DNA from: Pseudomonadota bacterium
GTDB lineage: Bacteria > Pseudomonadota > Alphaproteobacteria > Sphingomonadales > Sphingomonadaceae
NCBI GenBank assembly: GCA_039819365.1
Contig: JBCBSD010000003.1
Coordinates: 69,953-133,952 of the forward strand
Length of the DNA: 64,000 nucleotides
Reading direction: 5' to 3'
Positions 29,159-38,542 of this stretch are shown piece by piece (the stretch's first letter is position 1; each line of letters opens with the position of its first letter). The notes beneath the pieces were generated by a model. That model was not told the DNA's origin. It saw only the letters and a list, made by a program, of their open reading frames with translations, and did no database searches. The translations under genes and the position numbers were made by a program.

Positions 29159-29719
29159 TTAGGCGGCCTTGCGGAAGTTTTCCATCGCAGCAGCGAAACG
29201 ATCAGAGATCGGCTGGAAGGCTTCGCCGGCCAGCTTCATCATCGCTTCGGTGTTGTGCGACGCCTGCGAAACCATCGTGTCGAAACCGGCACGGGCACGC
29301 TCGTTCTGCATTTCGATCAGATCGCGGGGCGACTTGACCGACGCATAGCCCTGCATCGCGTTGCTGGCATTTTCCAGATTTTCGCGCGCATATTCGGCGT
29401 TCTGCTTGGCAATGTCCTGCACGCCCTTGGCGGTGATCTTGCCGCTTTCGATCATGGCTTCGACATTCGCCTTCTGGAACTCGACCATGTCGGTCCCGAT
29501 CGTGGAGAGCTTCTCAGCCGTTTCCTTGGCACGGTCCTGCGCCTGGGCAACGAAACCTTCAACGCGCTCACGCGTCTTTTCGGCGGTTTCTTTCACGCGC
29601 TCGCTGGCGGTTTCCATTGCTTCCTCGACGCGGTTGGCGGTCTTGGTGTTGGTCGCCTTGGCGCTCTTCGCAACCTTGTCGGCAGTTTCTTTCGTCGTCT
29701 TCTTTGCATTCGTAGCCAT
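29159..29719 (-). CDS. phaP: phasin (PHA granule-associated protein)
   Basis: It is an Ala/Lys/Glu-rich helical protein with a phasin-type core ([40 protein letters not shown]). AAGGA is 8 nt upstream of ATG 29719, and it is adjacent to phaC. The upstream part of the track ORF looks non-coding. Confidence 0.85.
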   Translation of the reverse strand: MATNAKKTTKETADKVAKSAKATNTKTANRVEEAMETASERVKETAEKTRERVEGFVAQAQDRAKETAEKLSTIGTDMVEFQKANVEAMIESGKITAKGVQDIAKQNAEYARENLENASNAMQGYASVKSPRDLIEMQNERARAGFDTMVSQASHNTEAMMKLAGEAFQPISDRFAAAMENFRKAA

Positions 29720-29803
29720 TGTCGTCATCCTTGTGTTGTGGCCGACCATTAACGGCCTGTTTTCGCTGAGCCCTTTCAAAAAAGCGGCCCTTCGATCTCT
29801 TAT

Positions 29804-29864
29804 GTTGCATTGCACAATATAGGATGATTCGCCGAATTGCAAGCATTTTTTTGTGCAGTGCAAC
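29804..29864. promoter_or_regulatory. TGC-rich inverted repeat upstream of phaP (candidate PhaR operator)
   Basis: GTTGCATTGCACAA (29804-29817) and TTGTGCAGTGCAAC (29851-29864) are reverse complements at 13/14 positions. They lie 85-145 nt upstream of the phaP start. Confidence 0.4.
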
Positions 29865-29934
29865 AAAAAGGCTAAGCGATTGTCTTATTGCCGTAATATT
29901 CCGACTTTCTGTCAGAAATCAACCGAAATTTAGC

Positions 29935-31749
29935 TTATCGCGAAGACACATAGCTGCCCGGCGCGTCTTCCAGCGCCTTGAGCTTGCCCTTGCCCGGCTT
30001 GCGCGCGCCCTTCGGCTCGATCTTCTCCCCCGAACGCTTTTCCAGCCATTTGAGCCAGTCCGGCCACCAGCTGCCCGGCGTTTCTGTCGCCCCGGCGACA
30101 AAATCTTCGAGCGAGTCGGCGCCCTTCCTGTTCGTCCAATACTGGTACTTCTTCGCGTCGGGTGGATTGACGACCCCGGCAATATGGCCCGAGCCCGCGA
30201 GCACGAATTTGAGCGGCCCGGTAAAATGCTCGGTAATCTTCCATACGCTTTCGGGCGGCGCGATATGATCCTCCCGCCCCGCCTGCACATAGGATGGCGT
30301 CTTCACCGTCCGCAAATCGATCGGCGTGCCATCGACCGACAGCCCGCCGGGCTCGGCCAGCTTGTTGTCGCGATAAAAATCCCGCAGATAATTTTTGTGC
30401 CATCTGGCCGGCAGGTTCGTCGTATCGCCGTTCCAGTGCAAGAGGTCGAACGCCGGATATTCTTCGCCCATCAGATAATTGTTGACGACATAATTCCAGA
30501 TCAGGTCGCGCCCGCGCAGCAGGTTGAATGTCGCGGCCATATAGCGGCCGTCGAGATAACCGTCTCCCTCGCCGATCTGCTCGATCAGCTTCGTCTGCAT
30601 ATCGTCTATGAACAGTTGCAGATCGCCGGCGTCGGCGAAATCGACCTGGGCGGTGAAGAAAGTCGCGCTCTCGACCTTGTTCGCCTCGTCCCTGGCCGCG
30701 AGCCAGGCCAGCGTCATCGCCAGCGTCGTCCCGGCCACGCAATAGCCGATCGCGTTGACGCTCTCGACATCGAGCAGCTCGCGCACCGTATCGATCGCAT
30801 CAACCTGGCCGCGCACGACATAATCGTCCTGCGTTACATCGGTCATGCTCTCGTCCGCCGATTTCCAGGAGACGACGAACACCGTGATCCCCTGCGCGAC
30901 CGCCCAGCGGATGAAGCTCTTCTTCTCGTTGAGATCGAGGATGTAATAGCGGTTGATCCAAGGCGGGAAGATGATCAGCGGCGTCTCGAAGACTGTCTTG
31001 GTCGTCGGTTCGTACTGGATCAGCTGATAAAGCGGCGTTTCCTTGACGACCTTTCCGGGCGTCGTCGCAATATTCTCGCCCAGCGTGAAAGCATCGGGAT
31101 CGGTATGGGTGAGCTGGCCCTTGTCGAGGTCCGCGAGCATATGTTCGAGCCCCTTGAGGAAGCTCTGACCCTTGGTTTCGAACGCCTTTTCCAGCACCGC
31201 GGGGTTGGTCAGCGCGAAATTGCTCGGGCTCATCGCATCGACGAATTGTTGCGTGGCGAAGCGGATCTGCTCCTTCTGCTTGGGATCGGTGCCGTCGATC
31301 GCATCGACGCTGCGCAGCATGTGATCGGCGATCATCAGATAGCTTTGGCGGATCATGTCGAAGACCGGATTGTCCTGCCATTGCGGCGCGGCGAAGCGGC
31401 GATCTTTGCGCTTGGGCGCTTCCCCGCCCTCCGCATCGTCATCTCCCGGATTGAGAAAGCGTGTCCAGAGCTTGAGGCTGTCCTCCCAGAAATCGCTCTG
31501 CGCCTGGGCGAGCTTTTCGGGATCGAGCGTCATGGTCGGAAAGCCGGGGAACATGGCGGGAAGCGGATTTGGCGACGGCACGGCCTCGGCCAGCTTTTCC
31601 CCGCCCGCCTCCTGCGCCTGCTGCATCTGCTTGGCGCCATATTCGAGCATCATCTGCTGCGCGCGGCCGAGGATACCGGTCCAGTGCTGCATGTCTTCGA
31701 GCGTCGGCACCGTCGCACCTGCCGTCGGATTGTCCCTGCCATCTGTCAT
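29935..31749 (-). CDS. phaC: class I poly(R)-hydroxyalkanoate synthase
   Basis: It is ~604 aa with the lipase-box-like GYCVAGT and the conserved segments PPWINRYYILDL and NTPLYQLIQY-like. GGAGGA is 8 nt upstream of ATG 31749. Confidence 0.95.
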   Translation of the reverse strand: MTDGRDNPTAGATVPTLEDMQHWTGILGRAQQMMLEYGAKQMQQAQEAGGEKLAEAVPSPNPLPAMFPGFPTMTLDPEKLAQAQSDFWEDSLKLWTRFLNPGDDDAEGGEAPKRKDRRFAAPQWQDNPVFDMIRQSYLMIADHMLRSVDAIDGTDPKQKEQIRFATQQFVDAMSPSNFALTNPAVLEKAFETKGQSFLKGLEHMLADLDKGQLTHTDPDAFTLGENIATTPGKVVKETPLYQLIQYEPTTKTVFETPLIIFPPWINRYYILDLNEKKSFIRWAVAQGITVFVVSWKSADESMTDVTQDDYVVRGQVDAIDTVRELLDVESVNAIGYCVAGTTLAMTLAWLAARDEANKVESATFFTAQVDFADAGDLQLFIDDMQTKLIEQIGEGDGYLDGRYMAATFNLLRGRDLIWNYVVNNYLMGEEYPAFDLLHWNGDTTNLPARWHKNYLRDFYRDNKLAEPGGLSVDGTPIDLRTVKTPSYVQAGREDHIAPPESVWKITEHFTGPLKFVLAGSGHIAGVVNPPDAKKYQYWTNRKGADSLEDFVAGATETPGSWWPDWLKWLEKRSGEKIEPKGARKPGKGKLKALEDAPGSYVSSR

Positions 31750-31813
31750 CAACGCTGTCCTCCACCACATGTCAGCCTATCCGAAAGACGGGCGCATACA
31801 AGCGGCCTTTCGG

Positions 31814-32176
31814 TCAAAGTCCGCCTTCATAGACGATGATCGCGATACCGTTCGGATCGGTCAGATAGAGATAGTGCGAACCCCAGGGCCTTGCCACAGG
31901 TCCTCGCCTTTCGATTTGCGGGTCGAGCGCCGCGACGAAACCGTCGAGATCGTCGGTTTTGAATTGCAGGCTCAAACCGGAAAAATCGAACGCGTCCGGC
32001 CCGTCATATATTTCGAGAAACGCCTCTTCCCTGCCCTGCGCGAAAGCCAGAATAACGCCCTTGTCATCGGCCCCGTCCCATTCCTCGGCCACCGTCATGC
32101 CGAACACCCGGACGTAAAAATCGCGGGTTTCGGCGAAACGGGGCGTCGTCACCTTGGTCTTGAGCGAAAAATCCAT
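31814..32176 (-). CDS. VOC (glyoxalase/bleomycin-resistance) family protein
   Basis: Only the C-terminal 120 codons of track ORF 31814-32833 look coding (MDFSLKTKV...YLTDPNGIAIIVYE). This is a typical single VOC module. Confidence 0.75.
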   Translation of the reverse strand: MDFSLKTKVTTPRFAETRDFYVRVFGMTVAEEWDGADDKGVILAFAQGREEAFLEIYDGPDAFDFSGLSLQFKTDDLDGFVAALDPQIERRGPVARPWGSHYLYLTDPNGIAIIVYEGGL

Positions 32177-32239
32177 GCGCGGGCTCCACAATGATATTAG
32201 CCATGACAATGCCGATTCGTTGCGTATAGGGAAAGCGTC

Positions 32240-33448
32240 ATGAACACCGATTTCTACCGCATCCGCCGCCTGCCGCCCTATGTATTCGCCGAAGTTAACG
32301 CGATGAAGGCCGAGGCGCGCGCGGGGGGCGAGGACATCATCGATCTCGGCATGGGCAATCCCGATACGCCGCCCGCCCAGCATGTGATCGATAAACTGTC
32401 GGAGGTCGCCAACGATCCGACCGCGCATCGCTACAGCGCATCCAAAGGCATCCCCGGCCTCCGCAAGGCGCAGGCCGCCTATTACAAGCGCCGCTTCGAT
32501 GTCGATCTCGATCCGGACAGCGAGGTCGTCGTCACTTTGGGCTCCAAGGAAGGCCTTGCCAATCTCGCCCAGGCGATCACCGCGCCCGGCGATGTCGTGC
32601 TTGCGCCCAACCCGAGCTACCCGATCCACACCTTCGGCTTCATTATCGCCGGCGCCGCGATCCGTTCGATCCCCGCCCAGCCGGGGCCGCAATTTTTCGA
32701 CCGCCTGCGATATTCGCTGGCCTACAGCGTGCCCAAGCCCTCGGTGCTCGTCACCGGCTATCCGAGCAATCCGACGGCCTATGTCGCCGATCTCGATTTC
32801 TACGCAAAGGTCGTCGCATTCGCGAAGGAGCACGAGATCTGGGTGATCAGCGATCTCGCCTATGCCGAGCTCTATTATGGCGACACGCCGACGCCCTCGC
32901 TCTTACAGGTGCCGGGCGCGAAAGAGGTTGCGGTCGAGTTCACCAGCATGTCCAAGACCTATTCCATGGCGGGCTGGCGCATGGGCTTCGCGGTCGGCAA
33001 CGAGCATCTCATCAGTGCGCTGACGCGGGTGAAGAGCTATCTCGACTATGGCGCCTTCACACCGATCCAGGTCGCCGCCGTCGCCGCGTTGAACGGGCCG
33101 CAGGACATTATCGAGCATAACCGCACCATGTATCGCAATCGCCGCGACGTGATGGTCGAAAGCTTCGACCGCGCGGGCTGGGACGTCCCGTCGCCGCAAG
33201 CCAGCATGTTCGCCTGGGCTCCGATCCCCGAGCAATGCGCACATATGGGCGCGATGGAATTTTCGAAGGATTTGCTGCGCCATGCCGGAGTGGCAGTTTC
33301 GCCAGGCGTGGGTTTCGGCGAGGAAGGCGAAGGCTTTGTCCGCATCGCGCTCGTCGAGAATGAGCAGCGCATCCGGCAGGCGGCGCGGGGGATCAAGAAA
33401 TATCTCGAAGGTTACCGGTCGAACAGCGCGGGTGCCGACGCCGATTAA
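32240..33448 (+). CDS. PLP-dependent aminotransferase, class I/II (AlaC / LL-DAP aminotransferase-like)
   Basis: It carries IRRLPPYVFAEVNAMK, DLGMGNPD, and the PLP-Lys region SMSKTYSMAGWRMGF. It is 402 aa. Confidence 0.9.
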   Translation: MNTDFYRIRRLPPYVFAEVNAMKAEARAGGEDIIDLGMGNPDTPPAQHVIDKLSEVANDPTAHRYSASKGIPGLRKAQAAYYKRRFDVDLDPDSEVVVTLGSKEGLANLAQAITAPGDVVLAPNPSYPIHTFGFIIAGAAIRSIPAQPGPQFFDRLRYSLAYSVPKPSVLVTGYPSNPTAYVADLDFYAKVVAFAKEHEIWVISDLAYAELYYGDTPTPSLLQVPGAKEVAVEFTSMSKTYSMAGWRMGFAVGNEHLISALTRVKSYLDYGAFTPIQVAAVAALNGPQDIIEHNRTMYRNRRDVMVESFDRAGWDVPSPQASMFAWAPIPEQCAHMGAMEFSKDLLRHAGVAVSPGVGFGEEGEGFVRIALVENEQRIRQAARGIKKYLEGYRSNSAGADAD

Positions 33449-33870
33449 TGCCTGCCCCCTTCACCCATCGTTTCCGCGTGCGCTATGCAGAGGTCGATCC
33501 GCAGTCGGTCGTCTTCAATTCGCGCTATCTGGAATATGCGGACCTGATGATCACCGAATATTGGCGGTCGATCGATCTCCATTTCAGTGGCGAGGATGCG
33601 CTGGAATTTCACGTCGTCAAAGCCACGGTCGAGTTCGTGCAGCCGATCCGCGCGGACGAGGAAATCGACGGGACGGCGGTCACCAGCCGGATCGGCACCA
33701 GCAGCGTGACGACCGAGATCGAGCTGTACGGGCTGAATGACAAAGAGCGCGGCGAAGACGATCTGCGCGCGAAGATCGAGCTCGTCCATGTCCATGTCGA
33801 TCTCGACAGCGGCAAGCCAACCCCTATACCTGAGGGCGCTCGTGCCAAGCTTGCCGGGGATACCGATTGA
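33448..33870 (+). CDS. acyl-CoA thioesterase, hotdog fold (YbgC/4HBT family)
   Basis: It carries HRFRVRYAEVDPQSVVFNSRYLEY, typical of 4HBT thioesterases. It has a TAATG overlap with the upstream gene. Confidence 0.85.
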   Translation: MPAPFTHRFRVRYAEVDPQSVVFNSRYLEYADLMITEYWRSIDLHFSGEDALEFHVVKATVEFVQPIRADEEIDGTAVTSRIGTSSVTTEIELYGLNDKERGEDDLRAKIELVHVHVDLDSGKPTPIPEGARAKLAGDTD

Positions 33871-34562
33871 TCGATCTCTATTTCGCGCCGACGCCCAATG
33901 GCTGGAAGATCAGCATCATGCTGGAAGAATGCGGTCTGCCCTACGCCGTCAAATGGGTGAATATCGGCGCGGGCGAGCAGTTTGCGGAAGAATTCCTCGC
34001 AATCAGCCCCAACAACCGCATCCCCGCGATCGTCGACCATGAGCCGCTGGGTGGCGGCGGGCCGCATTCGGTATTCGAGACCGGCGCGATCCTCGTCTAT
34101 CTCGCCGAAAAGACCGGGCAATTCCTCCCTTTCGACCCGGTCGGCCGCTCGACCGTGCGCCAATGGCTGATGTGGCAGGTGGCGGGGCTCGGCCCGATGC
34201 TCGGCCAGCACGGCCATTTCAAACTCTATGCGCCCGAAAAAATTCCGTACGCGACCGAGCGCTACCGGCGAGAGGCAGAACGGCTGTACGGCGTGCTCGA
34301 CCGGCAGCTCGCCGATAACGAGCATGTGGCCGGGACGGAATACAGCATTGCGGACATGGCCTGTTTCCCCTGGGTGCAGACGTACAAGCGCCAGGAAATC
34401 GATCTCGCGCAATTCCCGCATGTCCGGCGCTGGTACGACGGGCTGAAACAGCGCGAAGGACTGCGCCGCGGCATGGATCTCGGCCGGGATCGGATAAATC
34501 GGAACCCGCAGGATGATCCCCAGGCCGCGAAAATACTACTCGGTATCGATGTGAAGGACTGA
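33867..34562 (+). CDS. yfcG: Nu-class glutathione S-transferase, YfcG-like
   Basis: The N-terminus MIDLYFAPTPNGWKISIMLEE...ISPNNRIPAIVDH...FETGAILVYLAEKTG closely parallels E. coli YfcG as I recall it. It uses a TTG start overlapping the upstream stop. Confidence 0.85.
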   Translation: MIDLYFAPTPNGWKISIMLEECGLPYAVKWVNIGAGEQFAEEFLAISPNNRIPAIVDHEPLGGGGPHSVFETGAILVYLAEKTGQFLPFDPVGRSTVRQWLMWQVAGLGPMLGQHGHFKLYAPEKIPYATERYRREAERLYGVLDRQLADNEHVAGTEYSIADMACFPWVQTYKRQEIDLAQFPHVRRWYDGLKQREGLRRGMDLGRDRINRNPQDDPQAAKILLGIDVKD

Positions 34563-34563
34563 C

Positions 34564-35178
34564 ATGGCCGCCAAAATCGAATTCTTCTTCGATCTCTCCA
34601 GCCCCTGGACCTATCTCGCCTTTCACAACATCCGCCCGATCCTCGACGAGACGGGCGCGGAAGCGGCGTTCCGGCCCTTTCTCGTCGGCGGCGTGTTCAA
34701 TGCGGTGAACAAATCCGTTTATGCGGCGCGCGAGGACAGCAAGGGCCCCAAGGCGCGATTCTTCATGAAGAGCCTGCGGGACTGGGCCGCCTGGTCGGAC
34801 CTGCCGCTTAACTTCCCGGCCCCATGGCATCCGGTGCGCAGTGTTCATGCGATGCGCGCCTGTTGCGCACTGGAAGACGATCAGGACGCGCTTGTCCGCT
34901 TCACGGACGCCGCGTTCGCTGCCTATTTCGACCGGCAGGAGAATCTCGACGAACCGGACGTGCTCGCCGCGATCGCCGACGGCATCGGCATGGACGGGGC
35001 AGCGCTGGTCGCACGAACGCAGGAGGATGCGGTAAAGGCGAGGTTGCGCGCCAATACCGCCGAGGTAATAGACCGGGGCGGTTTTGGATCGCCCAGCATC
35101 TTCGTCAATGGCGCGGATATGTATTTCGGCAACGACCAGCTACCCCTCGTTCGCCGGGCCATCGAGCGCGCAGGCTGA
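34564..35178 (+). CDS. 2-hydroxychromene-2-carboxylate isomerase family (DsbA-like) protein
   Basis: It carries IEFFFDLSSPWTYLAF and the C-terminal GGFGSPSIFVNGADMYFGNDQL, typical of HCCA isomerase/DsbA-like proteins. Confidence 0.85.
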   Translation: MAAKIEFFFDLSSPWTYLAFHNIRPILDETGAEAAFRPFLVGGVFNAVNKSVYAAREDSKGPKARFFMKSLRDWAAWSDLPLNFPAPWHPVRSVHAMRACCALEDDQDALVRFTDAAFAAYFDRQENLDEPDVLAAIADGIGMDGAALVARTQEDAVKARLRANTAEVIDRGGFGSPSIFVNGADMYFGNDQLPLVRRAIERAG

Positions 35179-35264
35179 CGAACTTACTGTATTAGTCGAC
35201 AAACACGCCTTCCGTTTGCCCGAGACGCGCGGTAAGATGGAACCAGAGAATCAGGGAAAATATC

Positions 35265-35747
35265 GTGACTTCCGAACCGACACCCGAACCCGATCCGCGC
35301 CGAAAGCGCGCGCTCTATATCGGCGGCGCCATCCTATTGGCGGCGATTGTATGGAATTTCGAGGGCTGGCGCGACGATCCGGTCCAGGTGACCGTGGTCG
35401 GCGACCGGGAGGATATTCGCGAAGCGCGCGACGCGATCCGCGAGGCCATTCGCGAGGAAGTCGGCGACGACATCCGCGCCGGTTTCCGCGGCGATCGCGA
35501 CGAAGCTGCGGCGGAGTCCGAAGGCGATGCCGAGACCGCCGAAGACGCTGAGGAAACTGGCGACGAAGGCGGCGAAGCGGATACAGCAGAAAGCGCATCC
35601 GCCAGCGACGAGATCATCGCCGAAACGCGGGACGGCGATCAACGGATCGTTGAGACGGCGTCGGGCGAGAACCAGCGCAGTTTCCGCATCGAAGGCGATG
35701 ACGGGCGCGGCGTGACGATCAGCGTGGATACGGGTTCGGAAAACTAA
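35265..35747 (+). CDS. membrane-anchored, highly acidic hypothetical protein
   Basis: It has a GTG start with an AGGGA RBS and one TM (ALYIGGAILLAAIVW), followed by a D/E-rich low-complexity tail. Confidence 0.55.
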   Translation: MTSEPTPEPDPRRKRALYIGGAILLAAIVWNFEGWRDDPVQVTVVGDREDIREARDAIREAIREEVGDDIRAGFRGDRDEAAAESEGDAETAEDAEETGDEGGEADTAESASASDEIIAETRDGDQRIVETASGENQRSFRIEGDDGRGVTISVDTGSEN

Positions 35748-35797
35748 GCCTTTCCGCGCAAATTGTTTCTGCAGCCGCGGGGTCTTATATTGGCATA

Positions 35798-36865
35798 ATG
35801 CGGTACGAACTCGCCTATACGGTGGGGCTGTTTTCGGCTCTCGGCATCGTCGCCGGCTTTTATGCGGGCGGGCTGTGGCTCGTTGCGCTCGTGCTGCTGC
35901 TCTATTTCGCCCTGCCGGTCGCGGAATCGCTGGTCGGCGAATCCCGCTGGCCGTCCGACGTGCGTATCGCACAGCTCGATGACCGGAAAATCGCCCGCTA
36001 CGACTTTATCGTCGGCCTGACGGCGCTGTCCTTCATCCTGCTGGTCGGCTGGGCGCTATGGGCGGTATCGGTGACGGAGCTTGCTTGGTGGGAATTCGCC
36101 GCTTTCGCCGTTCTCATGGGCGAATATGGCGGCTTCGTCGGCATCGTGACCGCGCATGAGCTCATGCACCGTAATCGCACCAACAAGCGGCAACTCTCCT
36201 TCCTGCTGCTCTCGCTCGTCAGCTACCCGCATTTCGCGATCGAACATGTGCGCGGCCATCATGTGCGCGTCGCCACGCCCGAAGACCCGGCGACCGCGCG
36301 GCGCGGCGAGACGCTCTATGCTTTCCTCCCGCGCACGATCATCGGCGGTTTCAAAAGCGCCTGGGGCCTGGAAAAGGAACGGCTCGCGCGCAAGGGCATC
36401 GGCCCCTGGTCGCTTCAGAACAATATGCTCGTCTGGTGGAGCTTCACGCTGGCGCTGATAGCGGCGATCGCCTTCCTGCTCGGCCCGGCCAGCCTGCTGC
36501 TGTTCGCCGTCCAGAGCGCCATCGCCATCGTCGCGCTGGAAACGATCAACTATACCGAACATTACGGGATGGAGCGCGCGCGCAAGCCCGACGGCAGCTA
36601 TGCCCGCGTCCGGCCCGAACATAGCTGGAATTCGAGCCATATCCTCTCGAACATCAACATGTTCAACCTGGGCCGTCATTCGGACCATCATTACCAGTCC
36701 AACCGGCCCTATTATAAGCTCCGCCATTATGACGATGTGCCGCAATGCCCGTTCGGCCTGGCGGGTATGATCATGATGGCGACGATCCCGCCGCTCTGGT
36801 TCCGGGTCATGGACCGGGAGCTGGACCGTTTCCGGGACCGCGCGGACGCAGCGGCGAGCGTTTAG
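35798..36865 (+). CDS. alkB: alkane 1-monooxygenase (integral-membrane di-iron hydroxylase)
   Basis: All four AlkB His boxes are present: HELMHR, EHVRGHH, NYTEHYG, LGRHSDHH. Confidence 0.92.
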   Translation: MRYELAYTVGLFSALGIVAGFYAGGLWLVALVLLLYFALPVAESLVGESRWPSDVRIAQLDDRKIARYDFIVGLTALSFILLVGWALWAVSVTELAWWEFAAFAVLMGEYGGFVGIVTAHELMHRNRTNKRQLSFLLLSLVSYPHFAIEHVRGHHVRVATPEDPATARRGETLYAFLPRTIIGGFKSAWGLEKERLARKGIGPWSLQNNMLVWWSFTLALIAAIAFLLGPASLLLFAVQSAIAIVALETINYTEHYGMERARKPDGSYARVRPEHSWNSSHILSNINMFNLGRHSDHHYQSNRPYYKLRHYDDVPQCPFGLAGMIMMATIPPLWFRVMDRELDRFRDRADAAASV

Positions 36866-37665
36866 ACGCCCGCTGCCTCGTTTGCATCTGCTGCCATCAG
36901 AGCCTCGGTCGCTTCCAGGCTCTCCTGATTGTCGACATCGATCGCGAGCCGCCCGTCCTCGAATAGGTGCGCCGCCGCGCGGACACCGAAACGCCGGGAT
37001 AGCCGCCGCATCGCGCCGTCCAGCGTGTCCATCCTGAATCTGAACCGGATCAGGCTGATCAGGCCGAAGGCCCGGCGCAGCTCGCCCTTGCGCTTGGCGA
37101 ATTGACCGCCGCGGCGAAACGGCTCGGCCACGGCCAGCGCACTTGCGTCGCGCAGCCAGAACAGGTTGCAGTTCGAAATCGCGACATCGCGAAACTCGTA
37201 GAAGCCCTTTTTCTTGTAGGGATAGGCCGCCTGGATCGCCGCGCTGCTGACGACTCCGATCACCGCATCGACCTGCCGCTCGTCGCCGACGGCATTGATC
37301 CTGTGCAACGCCTCGACCGTCACCAGCGCATTGTCGCCGGTCGTGATCAGCAGCGGCCACTCGGCGGTTTCCGCGGCCTTGTACACGCTTTCGACCAGCC
37401 CGTCCTCGGCCTCGACGATTTCGATCCGCCCGGCCTCGCGCAGACGCCGGACGACCGTGATGTGATCGAGCACGTTTGGATCGTGGATCGACACGACGAT
37501 TTTCGCATCGTCCCACGCCTCTTCCAGCCGGCGCAGCACATGCGATATCAAGGGCTTGCCGGCCACCGGGATGACCGCCTTGTGGCTGACGCCCGCGCGT
37601 TCGGCCAAGGGATCGAGCGCGCCGTCGCGCTTCCCGGCCAGGACCAGAATCGTCGGCACGCTCAT
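36862..37665 (-). CDS. nucleotidyltransferase-like protein (MobA-like NTP-transferase fold), paralog 2
   Basis: The N-terminus ILVLAGKRDG...KAVIPVAGKPLISHVL and the motif LLITTGDNAL are present. Its ATG 37665 lies one nt after the stop of paralog 1 (TGAAATG). Confidence 0.65.
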   Translation of the reverse strand: MSVPTILVLAGKRDGALDPLAERAGVSHKAVIPVAGKPLISHVLRRLEEAWDDAKIVVSIHDPNVLDHITVVRRLREAGRIEIVEAEDGLVESVYKAAETAEWPLLITTGDNALVTVEALHRINAVGDERQVDAVIGVVSSAAIQAAYPYKKKGFYEFRDVAISNCNLFWLRDASALAVAEPFRRGGQFAKRKGELRRAFGLISLIRFRFRMDTLDGAMRRLSRRFGVRAAAHLFEDGRLAIDVDNQESLEATEALMAADANEAAGV

Positions 37666-37666
37666 T

Positions 37667-38458
37667 TCAGGCCTCCAGCAATTCCTCGGTGACACGGTAG
37701 GTGCGCGCATTATCGACATCGATGGCAAGCCGTCCATCTTCAAACCGATGCGCGATCACCTTCACTCCGAACCGCTTGGATAGCCGCACCATCGCGCCAT
37801 CCACAGTCTCGGTTTTCAACACAAAACGGATCAGATTACCCAGCCCGAACGCCTTGATGATCCGGCCGCGGTTCTTGAAGAACTGCCCGCCGCCGCGAAA
37901 CGCCTCGACCGCCGAAAAGGCGCTGGGATTGCCGAGCCAGAACAGATTGCAGTTCGAAATCGCGATATCCTTGAACTGGTAGAAGCCATATTGGCCGTCG
38001 GGATGCGCCGCCTGGATATCCTCGCGCCTGGCAAGACCCAGCACGACATCCGCGCCCTGCTCGACACCGCTCGCATGAATTTGGTGCAAAGCGTCGGCGG
38101 TGGTCAGCGCATTGTCGCCTGTCGTGATCAGTAGTGGCCATTCAGCCTTTTTGGCCGCCTCTTCGACGCTCTCCACTATTCCCTGTTGCGCGGCGCACAT
38201 CTCCAGCCGCCCTGCCGCCTGCAGCCGCTGCACCTCCTCGACGCCGTCCAGCACGGACGGATCATGGATCGAAACGAGTATCTTCGCGTCATCCCATGCC
38301 CGCTCCAGCGTCGCCAGCACATGGCCGATCAACGGCTTGCCGCCAATCGGAACGACGGCCTTGTGGCTGACGCCTGCGCGCTCAGCCAAGGGATCGAGTT
38401 TGCCGTCACGCTTGCCCGCAAGCACGAGAATGGTCGGCGGAGTATGGTCGCTCGTCAT
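37667..38458 (-). CDS. nucleotidyltransferase-like protein (MobA-like NTP-transferase fold), paralog 1
   Basis: It has the same architecture as 36862-37665. It aligns gap-free over ~254 residues at about 60-65% identity by hand count. The start was chosen at MTSDHTPPTILVLAGKRDG. Confidence 0.65.
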   Translation of the reverse strand: MTSDHTPPTILVLAGKRDGKLDPLAERAGVSHKAVVPIGGKPLIGHVLATLERAWDDAKILVSIHDPSVLDGVEEVQRLQAAGRLEMCAAQQGIVESVEEAAKKAEWPLLITTGDNALTTADALHQIHASGVEQGADVVLGLARREDIQAAHPDGQYGFYQFKDIAISNCNLFWLGNPSAFSAVEAFRGGGQFFKNRGRIIKAFGLGNLIRFVLKTETVDGAMVRLSKRFGVKVIAHRFEDGRLAIDVDNARTYRVTEELLEA

Positions 38459-38542
38459 ATTTTGCCCGGTAGCATTTGAACCGGGACACAATTAAGGCCG
38501 GGCCTGCCGAACTTAAAGGGCATGAACCAAAGGGCGAATGAC

